Below are positions 1-8,790 of a stretch of DNA of 59,952 bases, piece after piece. Below the pieces are notes generated by a model. The model ran no database searches, was not told the DNA's origin, and was given only the letters and a program-made list of their open reading frames with translations. This DNA comes from a virus (Duplodnaviria; Caudoviricetes). Position numbers and translations under genes: made by a program. The stretch's first letter is position 1. Each line of letters begins with the position of its first letter. The stretch spans positions 1-59,952 of the IMG/VR virus record IMGVR_UViG_3300017747_001692; one strand, 5' to 3'.

Positions 1-123
1 ATTTTATCCCAGTACATGGCGCGGTAAAACGGTTTGACGATGTTGGGCGTCAATTTCCGCATCTCTTCATCTGAAGAACTGCGGTTCCAGTAGGCTTCCC
101 AAGCGCGCTGGGTGACGCCCAAA
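1..123. repeat. Terminal direct repeat (copy 1), identical to 59830-59952
   Basis: attttatccc...ggtgacgcccaaa is identical at both ends; lies within the endolysin ORF, so probably an assembly circularisation overlap. Confidence 0.95.
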
Positions 124-215
124 TTGGTGCGTCCGCCCGGATCGCGGGGATCGTTGACGTAGCCGCCCTCGTGGGCCAGCACCATTTCAAAGCTTTTGTC
201 CCAGTTCTCGCGCAT
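1..215 (-). CDS. Endolysin, glycoside hydrolase family 108 (5' part; continues at 59535-59952 across the join)
   Basis: ATG at 215 gives MRENWDKSFEMVLAHEGGYVNDPRDPGGRTNLGVT; EGGY..D.GG.TN.G is the GH108 signature. Confidence 0.9.
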   Translation of the reverse strand, partial: MRENWDKSFEMVLAHEGGYVNDPRDPGGRTNLGVTQRAWEAYWNRSSSDEEMRKLTPNIVKPFYRAMYWDK

Positions 216-216
216 A

Positions 217-738
217 TCACTTGTCCTTTGCGGCAAGGAGATCATTCTTGGCTTTTGATCCAGCCGATGACCCATAATAGAACTGGACAACGCCGGTCCA
301 TGAAGTGCTGAGTGAACCAAGCATCATCAGCAGAACTTCAGTCCCCGTCTGCGGGATGCCGAACACCATGATCCAGATCAGCGCCCCAAAGAACCCAAAC
401 GTAATGAAGAAGGCCAGAGCCTTCGGGGTCCAATCCTTCGTCTCGCGCTGCATCTGCCGAGCGCTGTCGCGATCACCAGCGGCGATACGCTCAAGGTCAA
501 TGTCGAGGGACTTCATCTGCACCTTGAAGTCGGCGTCAATCTTCTTGATGGCGGCAAGCTGGTCAGGCGTTGCCGCAGCCATTGCCTCGGAGATCTGCTC
601 CTCTGTGCCGTCCTCATGCCCAAAAAGGGCGCTGGACAGGGTCTTGACGGCAACGCCAGCCAGCGGACCCCCCAGCGCCGTGGCGATGGTAGGAGCCACC
701 TGTCCAAGAAGGGGGCCAAATTTAGCAAGCAGATCCAT
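217..738 (-). CDS. Putative holin (3TM-holin-like membrane protein)
   Basis: C-terminal hydrophobic helices ending in FYYGSSAGS; directly upstream of the endolysin. Confidence 0.65.
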   Translation of the reverse strand: MDLLAKFGPLLGQVAPTIATALGGPLAGVAVKTLSSALFGHEDGTEEQISEAMAAATPDQLAAIKKIDADFKVQMKSLDIDLERIAAGDRDSARQMQRETKDWTPKALAFFITFGFFGALIWIMVFGIPQTGTEVLLMMLGSLSTSWTGVVQFYYGSSAGSKAKNDLLAAKDK

Positions 739-739
739 G

Positions 740-1207
740 TCATTGCCCCTGTATGTTGAACGTTAGATTTTTGTGGTCGGGATATGGAATGACCACATTG
801 CCCTCTGGGCACTTGTACATAATCCGAGCGATTAGCTTTGCGCTTCCCGGCGCGACAGCTTCTGGCTTATCTATGGTCAGGGTGTAGCCAAATTTGTCTA
901 CAACGGGGCTGGCCGGTCCAGAAAACTTGGCGACGGACGGGTTTGCCTTGTGAACCATGTAGTCAGAATCTCGCACCTCAAGCGCAAAATCCTCAACCGT
1001 GCAGTCGTCGCGGATCTTTTGACGAGCTACGACTACCTTGAACTGACCAGAGGCCGGGCCACTTGAAATGCTGAAATGTTCTGCATCCCACTTGAGAATG
1101 TCCTTTGGCGGCAACTTGATCTTGTCGTAAAGGGAATATCCAGCACCAATCATCGCCATGACTGCGGTCACAACTGCGACAGGTTTGGTGATGGAATCTG
1201 TGTCCAT
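740..1207 (-). CDS. Hypothetical protein with N-terminal membrane anchor
   Basis: 155-aa ORF abutting both neighbours in the lysis region. Confidence 0.6.
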   Translation of the reverse strand: MDTDSITKPVAVVTAVMAMIGAGYSLYDKIKLPPKDILKWDAEHFSISSGPASGQFKVVVARQKIRDDCTVEDFALEVRDSDYMVHKANPSVAKFSGPASPVVDKFGYTLTIDKPEAVAPGSAKLIARIMYKCPEGNVVIPYPDHKNLTFNIQGQ

Positions 1208-1464
1208 TATTTGGATTCTCCGCTGTTGATCCGTGCCTCAACGCGCTCAATCTTGTCGTAGATGCGCTGAAACATCGCTTCTATGTGCTCCATACGCTTA
1301 TCTAAATCGTTCTTGCTGACATAGCTTTTGGGTAAATCAATCTCAAGCTCATGCAAATCCCTGCGCAATTCCTTCACCGCGCCCCAGATCTCGCGCGCGA
1401 ACCAGCCCCCAGTGGCTATGGCGCCGCCACCAATGATGTTGAGAATCGACTGCAAATCCATCAC
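1207..1464 (-). CDS. Small membrane/coiled-coil protein (lysis region)
   Basis: N-terminal TM segment followed by a heptad-rich region; overlapping start/stop codons. Confidence 0.6.
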   Translation of the reverse strand: MMDLQSILNIIGGGAIATGGWFAREIWGAVKELRRDLHELEIDLPKSYVSKNDLDKRMEHIEAMFQRIYDKIERVEARINSGESK

Positions 1465-2552
1465 GCCGCTTCCTTTTCAAGCTCTGGCTCGCCTTTGTAC
1501 CAACGAAGATTGGCTTGAAGCCGTTCGTCGCTGGGCTCCAAATCAACCGCGATCTGACCCTGTTGAACTGCAATGTCTTTGAGGCCAAGGTTCCACGCGG
1601 CGACGGCGGCAAGATCGTGGGCCTGATAGCCCCACACGGCGGGGTCGCAGGTGTAGACGGCCTCGCGGTTGGTGATGCGAAGCGCCCGCATGGCGTAGGC
1701 GAAGCACTCTTCCCAACGGCTCTGACGGTAACACAAAAGTGCCAATTCGCACCAAGGTTCGCGGGTATTAGGAGCTTCACCGGCAGCGGAGTGAAAGGCT
1801 TGCTCTGCCTCTTGGGGCAAGCCAACTTCATTGTAGCAGCGGCCCATAACGCGATAAGCGTAGCAACGCTCATTCTGCCATGTGGCGCGGGGAAGCTTTA
1901 GGTAGTTCTTACAAGCCTCAATTGATTCCCACCAACGGCTATGGAAGCTCAGTTCGCGGGCGTAGTAGAAGGCATTGCGCGGGCAATCAGGGTCTTCCTT
2001 TACAGAAAGCTCCAATAGATCCATGTACTGGCCCCGGCTTTTGGTCGGGTCCGGCTTGTGGACGGCGATAAGGAAGTCGGTCTGCGCCCAAACTTCTTCA
2101 ATGCGTCCGTCAGGTACAGGATATTCGTGGCAGGGATGGTGCCAGTGATAGCCATGTCTTGCGTGGATCTTCTCGTAGTAGAAGCTGATTCCGCAGCCCC
2201 AATCGAACATGTAACGGAGGCGGGTGGTCTCTCCCTTGATCCAGACACGCTCTATCTCCTCGCGCCATCCCGGTTGTAAAATCTCGTCTATGTCTAGGCT
2301 GATGCATACGTCAATATCGCGAGGAACAAGGGAAAGAGCAGCATTGCGAGCGAGATCAAAACGCCAAGGAGTGATGCAAATATGATGAACAATCGCTCCA
2401 TACTTTGCCGCCCCTTCAGGAAGACCATCGTCTGAACCAGTGTCCGCAATCATAATGAGATCCGCATCTTGCGCGGACTCGCAGAAACGCTGCACAAAAT
2501 GCGCCTCGTTCTTGCTGATGGCGTAGACGCATATTTTCAACTTCTTCTCCAT
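1461..2552 (-). CDS. Family 2 glycosyltransferase with TPR-like C-terminus
   Basis: ICVYAISKNE, DTGSDD, RFDLARN, LDIDE (DxD) and HE motifs; helical repeats at the C-terminus. Confidence 0.85.
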   Translation of the reverse strand: MEKKLKICVYAISKNEAHFVQRFCESAQDADLIMIADTGSDDGLPEGAAKYGAIVHHICITPWRFDLARNAALSLVPRDIDVCISLDIDEILQPGWREEIERVWIKGETTRLRYMFDWGCGISFYYEKIHARHGYHWHHPCHEYPVPDGRIEEVWAQTDFLIAVHKPDPTKSRGQYMDLLELSVKEDPDCPRNAFYYARELSFHSRWWESIEACKNYLKLPRATWQNERCYAYRVMGRCYNEVGLPQEAEQAFHSAAGEAPNTREPWCELALLCYRQSRWEECFAYAMRALRITNREAVYTCDPAVWGYQAHDLAAVAAWNLGLKDIAVQQGQIAVDLEPSDERLQANLRWYKGEPELEKEAA

Positions 2553-2576
2553 AGCGATCCCCCTTCGCTGCTAAAA

Positions 2577-3284
2577 TTAAACGATAGTCCAGTAGCTGCC
2601 CGATGGGACAGTTACTGTGATGCCAGAATTGACAGTGATTGGCCCAGCGGACATGGCGTTGTAATTGGTTGTAACCGTGTAGTTGACGGTAACCGTCTGC
2701 TGGTTCTCATAAAAAATACGGTCAGGCGAGCCGCCAGTCGGGTAGATAGAGCCCGTGGGGCCTGTAGCTCCCATTGCCCCTGTAGGGCCAGTAGGCCCGG
2801 TAACGCCTTGAATGCCTTGCGGGCCAACATCACCCGTGGGACCAGTCGGGCCTGAACCCGTAGGGCCTGTGGCTCCCGTAGGGCCAATATCACCATTTGG
2901 CCCTGTAGCACCCGCTGGTCCCGTAACTCCAGTAGGGCCGGTCGGGCCATAAGGGCCGGTGGGGCCGGGCGTTGTAGAAACAGCCCCGGTGGGGCCGGTG
3001 GGGCCTGTGGGGCCTGTGGGGCCTGCGATTCCCGTAGGGCCAGTGGGGCCTGCGCCTGTAGGGCCAGTATTCCCAGTCGCACCCGTTTCTCCGGTGGGAC
3101 CAGTAGGGCCAGTAACACTTGGGCCAGCGGGGCCTGTAGGCCCAGTTGCCGCTAGATTGGCAATCGCCTGTGTCGTCGTGCGCTTTGATTCGCCAGATTG
3201 AACAATCTCAACCTGTTCTGTGCCATTGAGAGCAATAGCCGCGCCAAGATTTGGGATCTGAACATTACTAGCGTAAAGAGGCAT
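2577..3284 (-). CDS. Collagen-like (G-P-T repeat) virion fibre protein
   Basis: Long Gly-X-Y run; N-terminus paralogous to 38733-41369. Confidence 0.85.
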   Translation of the reverse strand: MPLYASNVQIPNLGAAIALNGTEQVEIVQSGESKRTTTQAIANLAATGPTGPAGPSVTGPTGPTGETGATGNTGPTGAGPTGPTGIAGPTGPTGPTGPTGAVSTTPGPTGPYGPTGPTGVTGPAGATGPNGDIGPTGATGPTGSGPTGPTGDVGPQGIQGVTGPTGPTGAMGATGPTGSIYPTGGSPDRIFYENQQTVTVNYTVTTNYNAMSAGPITVNSGITVTVPSGSYWTIV

Positions 3285-4018
3285 CAGAGCGGTCCTGTCT
3301 TGGGCACTTCAGTGAAGCCGTAGGGCAGACTGGGATTGTTTATAACATACCCGCCAGACGTGTAGGAGCCAGAGAAAAGAACGCCCTGCAATAGGATTTG
3401 CGACGTGTTGAGGACCGTGATCGTCCAATTTCCATTAGCGACATCAACGCCGCCAACGTCCTGCACAATCACTTTCTGCCCTGTGATCATGCCGTTTGTC
3501 GTCGCAATCGTCAGGACGGTGAAGCCGAGGCCGTTGTTCTCGGCGTTGGTGACCGTGCGGTAGGTGACCGCGTTCGGGTCCGTGCCCGGCAATTGATTTG
3601 TGCCGTAGGGCGCCTCGCCGGTCTGCTGCGTGACGCGGGTCTGGTTGGGCACATCCTGATCAATGGTGGTGACGCGCGTATCGCCGCGCTGAACGGGAAT
3701 GCCCGTCTGCGGGTTGGTCGTGTTGTTCCCTGACACCTGACGCCGGTCGATCTCGTCCCAAGCGTAGGGCTCGACGCGGGGATTAATGATCGGCACGGGG
3801 TCGGCGGGGATGATGATGGCCCGGAGCTGCTGCTGCGGCTCGTCATAGCAGGTGGAGCAGACGAGAATGCGCTTGTTGATCAGGGATGCGCCAGCCCAAT
3901 CGTACTGCCACTTCAGGTCAACGTGATTGTACCGGAACGCGCAGCGGTCACAGATTGCATGAGCCTGCGGATTAGTGGCGCTTGTTCTAGCCCGACCCGA
4001 CCTCGATGCGTAACCCAT
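3284..4018 (-). CDS. Hypothetical virion-associated protein (CxxC..CxxC N-terminus, beta-rich C-terminus)
   Basis: CDRC and CSTC motifs; translationally coupled within the late operon. Confidence 0.6.
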   Translation of the reverse strand: MGYASRSGRARTSATNPQAHAICDRCAFRYNHVDLKWQYDWAGASLINKRILVCSTCYDEPQQQLRAIIIPADPVPIINPRVEPYAWDEIDRRQVSGNNTTNPQTGIPVQRGDTRVTTIDQDVPNQTRVTQQTGEAPYGTNQLPGTDPNAVTYRTVTNAENNGLGFTVLTIATTNGMITGQKVIVQDVGGVDVANGNWTITVLNTSQILLQGVLFSGSYTSGGYVINNPSLPYGFTEVPKTGPL

Positions 4019-4028
4019 ACACGCCCCC

Positions 4029-4757
4029 TTACCTGAAGTAGCCAGAGATCATCGGGGAAATGTACTGTTGCGCGGTCTCCACGTTCTGCTCGGCGGCAAT
4101 CTGGTACGACTCGTCGGCCATGGGCTTGATCATCGCCACCGCCTGCGGGTTCCAGATTTGCGCGAGGCGCAGGGCAAGGCCATAGGCGAACGCCTCAAGC
4201 CACAGGTAGGGAATCTCGACCGTCTGGCCGTTCGTCAGCGCCGAGTCCTGTATCTGCCGCACCCGGTAGTATTTCAGGTATTGAGGCCCATTGTCCGTAT
4301 TAGGAACGGGCCAAAGAGTAACCGTAGGGCCAGTTGTTGGCGGTACTTGAGTGGACCGAGACGGGCTGATCAGGCGGTCAAACCAGTAGACAGTCGGGAA
4401 ACCCTGCTGCTCCTTGTTCGGGTAGCTGGCGTATTCCGTGCGGCTCACCGGCAGAATGATGCGGTCGATGTTGGCGCCCGAGTCGTCGTTCTGGACGTAA
4501 GCGTCCAAGATCGCGACCGTGTTGCCCTCAACAGGATATGTCGCCTGATCCGTGACGAGCGGCGTCGTGACGAGGTCAACGGCCCAAAGGTTCACACCCT
4601 GATTTGACCAGCGCGCGCAGAGCATGTTGGACGCCATGCGGGCGGCCTCCATATGCTCCTGAAGCACGGCGGTGTTCCTGATGCCGATGAGGTTGTACGC
4701 ATAAAGCGTCAGCTCACCAAGCCCCGGATTAAACGCATAGGTGTCGCTCGTCGCCAT
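4029..4757 (-). CDS. Putative head-tail adaptor / tail tubular protein A-like
   Basis: WSNQGVNLW, Y...PNK..QG.P, LWPVP pattern typical of podophage adaptors; located downstream of the capsid genes. Confidence 0.55.
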   Translation of the reverse strand: MATSDTYAFNPGLGELTLYAYNLIGIRNTAVLQEHMEAARMASNMLCARWSNQGVNLWAVDLVTTPLVTDQATYPVEGNTVAILDAYVQNDDSGANIDRIILPVSRTEYASYPNKEQQGFPTVYWFDRLISPSRSTQVPPTTGPTVTLWPVPNTDNGPQYLKYYRVRQIQDSALTNGQTVEIPYLWLEAFAYGLALRLAQIWNPQAVAMIKPMADESYQIAAEQNVETAQQYISPMISGYFR

Positions 4758-4766
4758 GATGGCTCC

Positions 4767-5087
4767 TTAGACCGGGCCAGCCTGAACAATATTGGCCGTC
4801 ACTGTGCCCGTGTTGGCGGAGACATTGAGAGAAATCGCGCGGCAGGGGATCGTCAAAGCGCCAGCAACTGCCACCGAGCCAGACGTAAAACCGGGGGCGA
4901 CAAACCAAGTTGCAGACGCCGCCAAGTAGCCATCAGCGTTCGGGTCATCCAGCGAGTATTCCACCGTAAATGTGGCTGTGGCGCTAAGAGACACGGCAAT
5001 GCCAATGTTGAAAGGGGTCTGAAAGTCATCAACGACGCAGATGGTGCTGCGGCCAGTTCCAGTCTTGGTGAGCGCCTTGTACTGCAT
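4767..5087 (-). CDS. Hypothetical beta-rich structural protein
   Basis: 106-aa ORF with GGAG-type context in the late operon. Confidence 0.6.
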   Translation of the reverse strand: MQYKALTKTGTGRSTICVVDDFQTPFNIGIAVSLSATATFTVEYSLDDPNADGYLAASATWFVAPGFTSGSVAVAGALTIPCRAISLNVSANTGTVTANIVQAGPV

Positions 5088-5088
5088 T

Positions 5089-5250
5089 TTACTTCCCCTT
5101 GCTGCGGGCCGCCGCAGCGTTGTCGATCAGGTTGGGATAGGGACGGCCTGCGGCGCGGGCTTTAGCCTTGGCAGACTGCACCTGCTTGCGGCTCAGATGC
5201 TTTTCCTTGGCGTCCTTCGGGGCTTTTTTTTCCCAAAAAGGCTTGTCCAT
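5089..5250 (-). CDS. Small basic protein (53 aa; not in ORF track)
   Basis: MDKPFWEKKAPKDAKEKHLSRKQVQSAKAKARAAGRPYPNLIDNAAAARSKGK exactly fills the gap between its neighbours. Confidence 0.7.
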   Translation of the reverse strand: MDKPFWEKKAPKDAKEKHLSRKQVQSAKAKARAAGRPYPNLIDNAAAARSKGK

Positions 5251-5251
5251 C

Positions 5252-5491
5252 TCAGCAGTCCCACTTCCTCAGTGACTTGTTGATGCGGCTGTTGGGGTCT
5301 GCGGCCTTTGCCGAGCCCGTCAGCTTTCGCTTTAACCCGGTCATCCTAGCACAGAAGCTGTCCTTGCGCGACCCGCCCTCGGGCTGCGGGCGCTTAATGT
5401 CGTGACCCTGAGCGCGCAAAGACGCACGGCCCTTTTCATTAAGTCCGCCAGACGGATTCTTGCCTTCCTTGCGCGTCCAAACAGCAGTCAT
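5252..5491 (-). CDS. Small basic protein (DUF6321-like)
   Basis: KEGKNPSGGLNEKGR...RKDSFCARM...SLRKWDC pattern. Confidence 0.65.
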   Translation of the reverse strand: MTAVWTRKEGKNPSGGLNEKGRASLRAQGHDIKRPQPEGGSRKDSFCARMTGLKRKLTGSAKAADPNSRINKSLRKWDC

Positions 5492-5559
5492 AGCAATCTC
5501 CATGCGAATGCGGGGGCGCTAAGGCCCCCGCGCGCTCCACTAAGCCGGGGAGGCGTAGC

Positions 5560-5802
5560 TTAGTAGTGCGAAGCCTTGCCGCGAGGCGTACCGCCAGCGG
5601 CAGAAGACATCACGCTGCCGCCGCTCTTGCGGGGCTTGCGACCGGCGTGAGCGGAGGACATAACGCCCTCGGCCTTCATGCCGACTTTGCCGCCCTTTTT
5701 GAAGCCGCCGGTGGGCTTCATCATTTCAGAGGCGACGTTGCTGTTGCCGCCAGAGTAGGCGGTGTGCGACTTGGCTTCGCGAGTTCCAGACTTACCCTTC
5801 AT
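5560..5802 (-). CDS. Small basic Gly/Lys-rich protein with KKGGKV motif
   Basis: AGGAG RBS; shares FKKGGKV..HAGRKPRKSGG with 10954-12321. Confidence 0.7.
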   Translation of the reverse strand: MKGKSGTREAKSHTAYSGGNSNVASEMMKPTGGFKKGGKVGMKAEGVMSSAHAGRKPRKSGGSVMSSAAGGTPRGKASHY

Positions 5803-5814
5803 GCTACTCTCCTA

Positions 5815-6270
5815 TTAGGCAGTCAGGTCGAGCGCCTGAACGTAGGTGACAGTGATGATACCGGCGCCAGAGCCGGTATTGGTGGAGGTGACTGCAATCT
5901 TGCGGTCAGTGGTTCCAACATCAACCCAGTTTGCGGCGCGAGTAGCGTCGTCGCCGGGAGCTGCCGAAACAATGCCAAACGCAACACCGTCAAGGGCAGC
6001 GGCTGCCGTAAAGAACGTGGCAGAGGCAGTCGTTCCAACGCCAAAGGTTGTGGCGGCGCCAGTGAACTCGGTCGTCACATTGACGGAGATGGTGAGGATC
6101 TGGCTGTTGGCTGGAATGACGATGCTGGTCGCACCGCTCGCCTGCGTGACCGCCGAAGACTGCGCCATGACGACATAGCCGACATTGGCCACGTCAGTCC
6201 CGAGCGTGGTGCCCGAGGTATTCAGGATATTGCCAGCCCGAACCGGGCCGGTAAATGTAGTCGTACCCAT
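5815..6270 (-). CDS. Putative capsid-associated structural protein
   Basis: MGTTTFTGPV start after AGGAGG; Thr/Ala-rich beta protein downstream of the MCP. Confidence 0.65.
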   Translation of the reverse strand: MGTTTFTGPVRAGNILNTSGTTLGTDVANVGYVVMAQSSAVTQASGATSIVIPANSQILTISVNVTTEFTGAATTFGVGTTASATFFTAAAALDGVAFGIVSAAPGDDATRAANWVDVGTTDRKIAVTSTNTGSGAGIITVTYVQALDLTA

Positions 6271-6347
6271 ATGGGCCTCCTGCACGATAAGATCACACAG
6301 TCTGTGCAGCGTCCGCTAGGCCGGTCTGCGTGATCGGGTTGCCTAGT

Positions 6348-7007
6348 CTATTTGCCAGCGGAGTGCTTCCTGATGTAGTCGGCGCCCGCAAGCAAAACTT
6401 CAATCTTGTCCCTCGCCTGACCCAACATGCTATTGCAAGAGTAGCACAAAAGCTCACGCACGGAACCAGTCTTGTGGCAGTGATCGACGGCGAGAACGCG
6501 GACGTTCCCGTGGCGATCCTTGTCCGTTTCTGGCAACTTGCAGATCCCGCATTTGCCATCTTGGACACGGTACATCTCGGCGTAGTCGTTCAACGAAAGA
6601 CCGTAATAACGCTTGAGGCTGTAGTGCCTCTGCTTATCACGGGAAATCCGCTTCACTGTGCGACCGTCTGACTTTTTGATGGTTGTGGTTTCATCAGACA
6701 ACTTGAGATTTGAAATCTTCAAGTTAGTTGTGACACCATCCACAAACATCACAGAACGATCAGGCCACACGCCGTAATGCAACATCCACGCAACTCTTGA
6801 GGCAACCATTTCCCGGTCTTTATAACGGATATAAAGGTAGGACTTGATCTGCCCGGTAGTACGGTGGCGGCAATTTTTAAAAGTTCCCGCCACCATACCT
6901 TTTTTGACATTCTTGGAGGCATCCAGCTTCCAAATGAAAGAACCAGTTTCGGGGTCGTAGGCGATAGCTTCAGATACTTCGCTGTGGCTCAGTTCCTGCT
7001 GTTTCAT
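6348..7007 (-). CDS. Homing-type endonuclease: degenerate HNH_3-like N-domain plus endonuclease VII domain
   Basis: YDPETGSFIW...RVAW..HYGVWP N-terminus; CGIC..LAVDHCH..LLCYSCN C-terminus; AT-richer than flanks. Confidence 0.8.
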   Translation of the reverse strand: MKQQELSHSEVSEAIAYDPETGSFIWKLDASKNVKKGMVAGTFKNCRHRTTGQIKSYLYIRYKDREMVASRVAWMLHYGVWPDRSVMFVDGVTTNLKISNLKLSDETTTIKKSDGRTVKRISRDKQRHYSLKRYYGLSLNDYAEMYRVQDGKCGICKLPETDKDRHGNVRVLAVDHCHKTGSVRELLCYSCNSMLGQARDKIEVLLAGADYIRKHSAGK

Positions 7008-7032
7008 GTCTTTCTCCTATGTTGACAACCTT

Positions 7033-7060
7033 ATTATAAGGCTATCATTTAGAAGGTCAA
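7033..7060 (-). promoter_or_regulatory. Sigma70-like promoter for the endonuclease gene
   Basis: Minus strand TTGACC-N16-TATAAT, followed by AGGAG and ATG. Confidence 0.55.
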
Positions 7061-7105
7061 CTTGAAACTTGTATCGCTTAAAACCCCTTTAACTAGTTGA
7101 TTTCA

Positions 7106-8011
7106 TTAGGTTGGGAAGGCACCGAAGATACTTCTCCAGTTATAATAGCCAAACGAGTACCTCTCGTATCCTTTAACGAGAAGGTTGTCTGTGGTGAAGT
7201 CGACCTGCATATCGGTTTCGAACTTAATGCGCTCCATATAGGAGAGCCCATCAATGTTCGTGAGCAGGAACCAAGCGCGAGCAGAGGTCAGATAGTCGTT
7301 GACCATGTAGCCCTCGGGCAGGCCGCCCGCAGTGGACTGGATCGCATTGACATCATTGTCTGCCGTGCCGGGACGCAGCTCAGTCTTCGTCAGGCGAATC
7401 GCCACCGGCTCAAGAGCAGGCGGGATGACCAGACGACGACCGCGAGCAAACACCTTCAGACCGGCCTGATCACGGAAGTTCGTGCGGATGGCGATCATGC
7501 CAGCCAGCAACGTGCTCTCGTTGAGGTCGTTCGTGGTGTAGTTCGAGATCGTGCCGCCGTCGATGGGGTGATCAGAGGCGACAAGGGCCTTGCCGTCACC
7601 GCCAACCGCCGAATTGTAGGTGGTCGCAGTGTTCAGCACGTTGGCGCCGTAGATTTCCTTGGTCTGCGCAAAGGACTGCGTCAGGCCGAGGTTCGACGGA
7701 GCGAACTGGCTCTTGTAGAGATTGTCGTCGATGGCCTTGCGAGTGATCGCGTAGCCAAGGCCGATCTCCGTGTGCTCCTGATTGTACACGAAACGCTCGC
7801 CAGCGCCGTTGTCGAACGCGGTCTGGCCGCCTTCGGTCTTGAGCTGTGCGTAGCCGAGGAAGCGCATCTCAGCGGTGCGCTCCAAGGCCATCTTGGAATC
7901 GTGCTTAGTGAAGATCTTGTCGTACTGCGACGGGATCTGTTCGTACTGACCCTCAACGCCCCGGAGGCCGGGGAGGAGAAGGTCTTTGATGGCAGAAAGA
8001 TTAACAGCCAT
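7106..8011 (-). CDS. Major capsid protein
   Basis: 301 aa, strong codon bias, LLLPGL...GLGYAITRKAIDDNLY...ERYSFG pattern of Mu gpT-like capsids; follows the scaffold and decoration genes. Confidence 0.85.
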   Translation of the reverse strand: MAVNLSAIKDLLLPGLRGVEGQYEQIPSQYDKIFTKHDSKMALERTAEMRFLGYAQLKTEGGQTAFDNGAGERFVYNQEHTEIGLGYAITRKAIDDNLYKSQFAPSNLGLTQSFAQTKEIYGANVLNTATTYNSAVGGDGKALVASDHPIDGGTISNYTTNDLNESTLLAGMIAIRTNFRDQAGLKVFARGRRLVIPPALEPVAIRLTKTELRPGTADNDVNAIQSTAGGLPEGYMVNDYLTSARAWFLLTNIDGLSYMERIKFETDMQVDFTTDNLLVKGYERYSFGYYNWRSIFGAFPT

Positions 8012-8026
8012 TGGTCCTTACTCCTC

Positions 8027-8614
8027 TTAGACGCCCGTGAGCTGCTTGGTGGAGACGTTATTGAACGCCACGATGGCCTTCTGATAAGCGCCAGCCTCGG
8101 TGCCGTTTACCCCCGGAGGGTCGGTAACGAGCGCAACCACCTTGAAGGGCATGGTGCTGTCCGTCGCCAGAGTGGCGAGGTAGGCGCCAGAGATGCCGTT
8201 AGAGGTGTTGCCGGTGCCGATGTTGAAGCCCACGCCGCTGTTCACATAAGCCTGATCAACGCTGACGTTGCCGAACTGGGCGACGAACTTGGCGTTGGGG
8301 TCGTTGATGATGTAGCCGGTGACCGTGTTGGTCGAGGCGACATCCGAGCCGGGCCAGTAGTTAGACCAGACGGTGCGCTTCTGAGCGACCGAAAGATACT
8401 GGCAGCCGACGAACACGCCAGCAATCTGGGTGTTGCCAGACGAGCCGGAGGTGACGCCCACAACGACGTAGCCGTTGGCGTCGGGGTTTACGGGGTCGCC
8501 GTAGTAGATGGCGGAAGCATTGTAGGCAATCTTGACCGCGACCTGTTCGTAGGTCGGGGCAGAGCCAGTGCCACTGTATTGCTGGAAACCGTTATAGGCG
8601 GCAGTGTTCGCCAT
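8027..8614 (-). CDS. Putative capsid decoration/cement protein
   Basis: MAN...IYYGDPV...GVFVGCQY...NDPN pattern directly upstream of the MCP. Confidence 0.65.
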   Translation of the reverse strand: MANTAAYNGFQQYSGTGSAPTYEQVAVKIAYNASAIYYGDPVNPDANGYVVVGVTSGSSGNTQIAGVFVGCQYLSVAQKRTVWSNYWPGSDVASTNTVTGYIINDPNAKFVAQFGNVSVDQAYVNSGVGFNIGTGNTSNGISGAYLATLATDSTMPFKVVALVTDPPGVNGTEAGAYQKAIVAFNNVSTKQLTGV

Positions 8615-8754
8615 GACGGGGTCTCCTTTTTACGGGAAAGCTCGTCATCTCGCGCCGGGGAGACTCGGAAGCCGGGGGCAGTTGGACCCTCCGCGCCGGG
8701 GGAGGGGAGAACATCTGGTGTTCCTGACATTGCAATATACAGACATTTGAAACA

Positions 8755-8782
8755 AAAGAAAAGGGGCGCACTGGGCGCCCCT
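8755..8782 (-). terminator. Rho-independent terminator
   Basis: Minus strand GGGGCGC-CCAGT-GCGCCCC followed by TTTTCTTTTG, after the 8791 stop. Confidence 0.75.
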
Positions 8783-8790
8783 CCTGAGCT

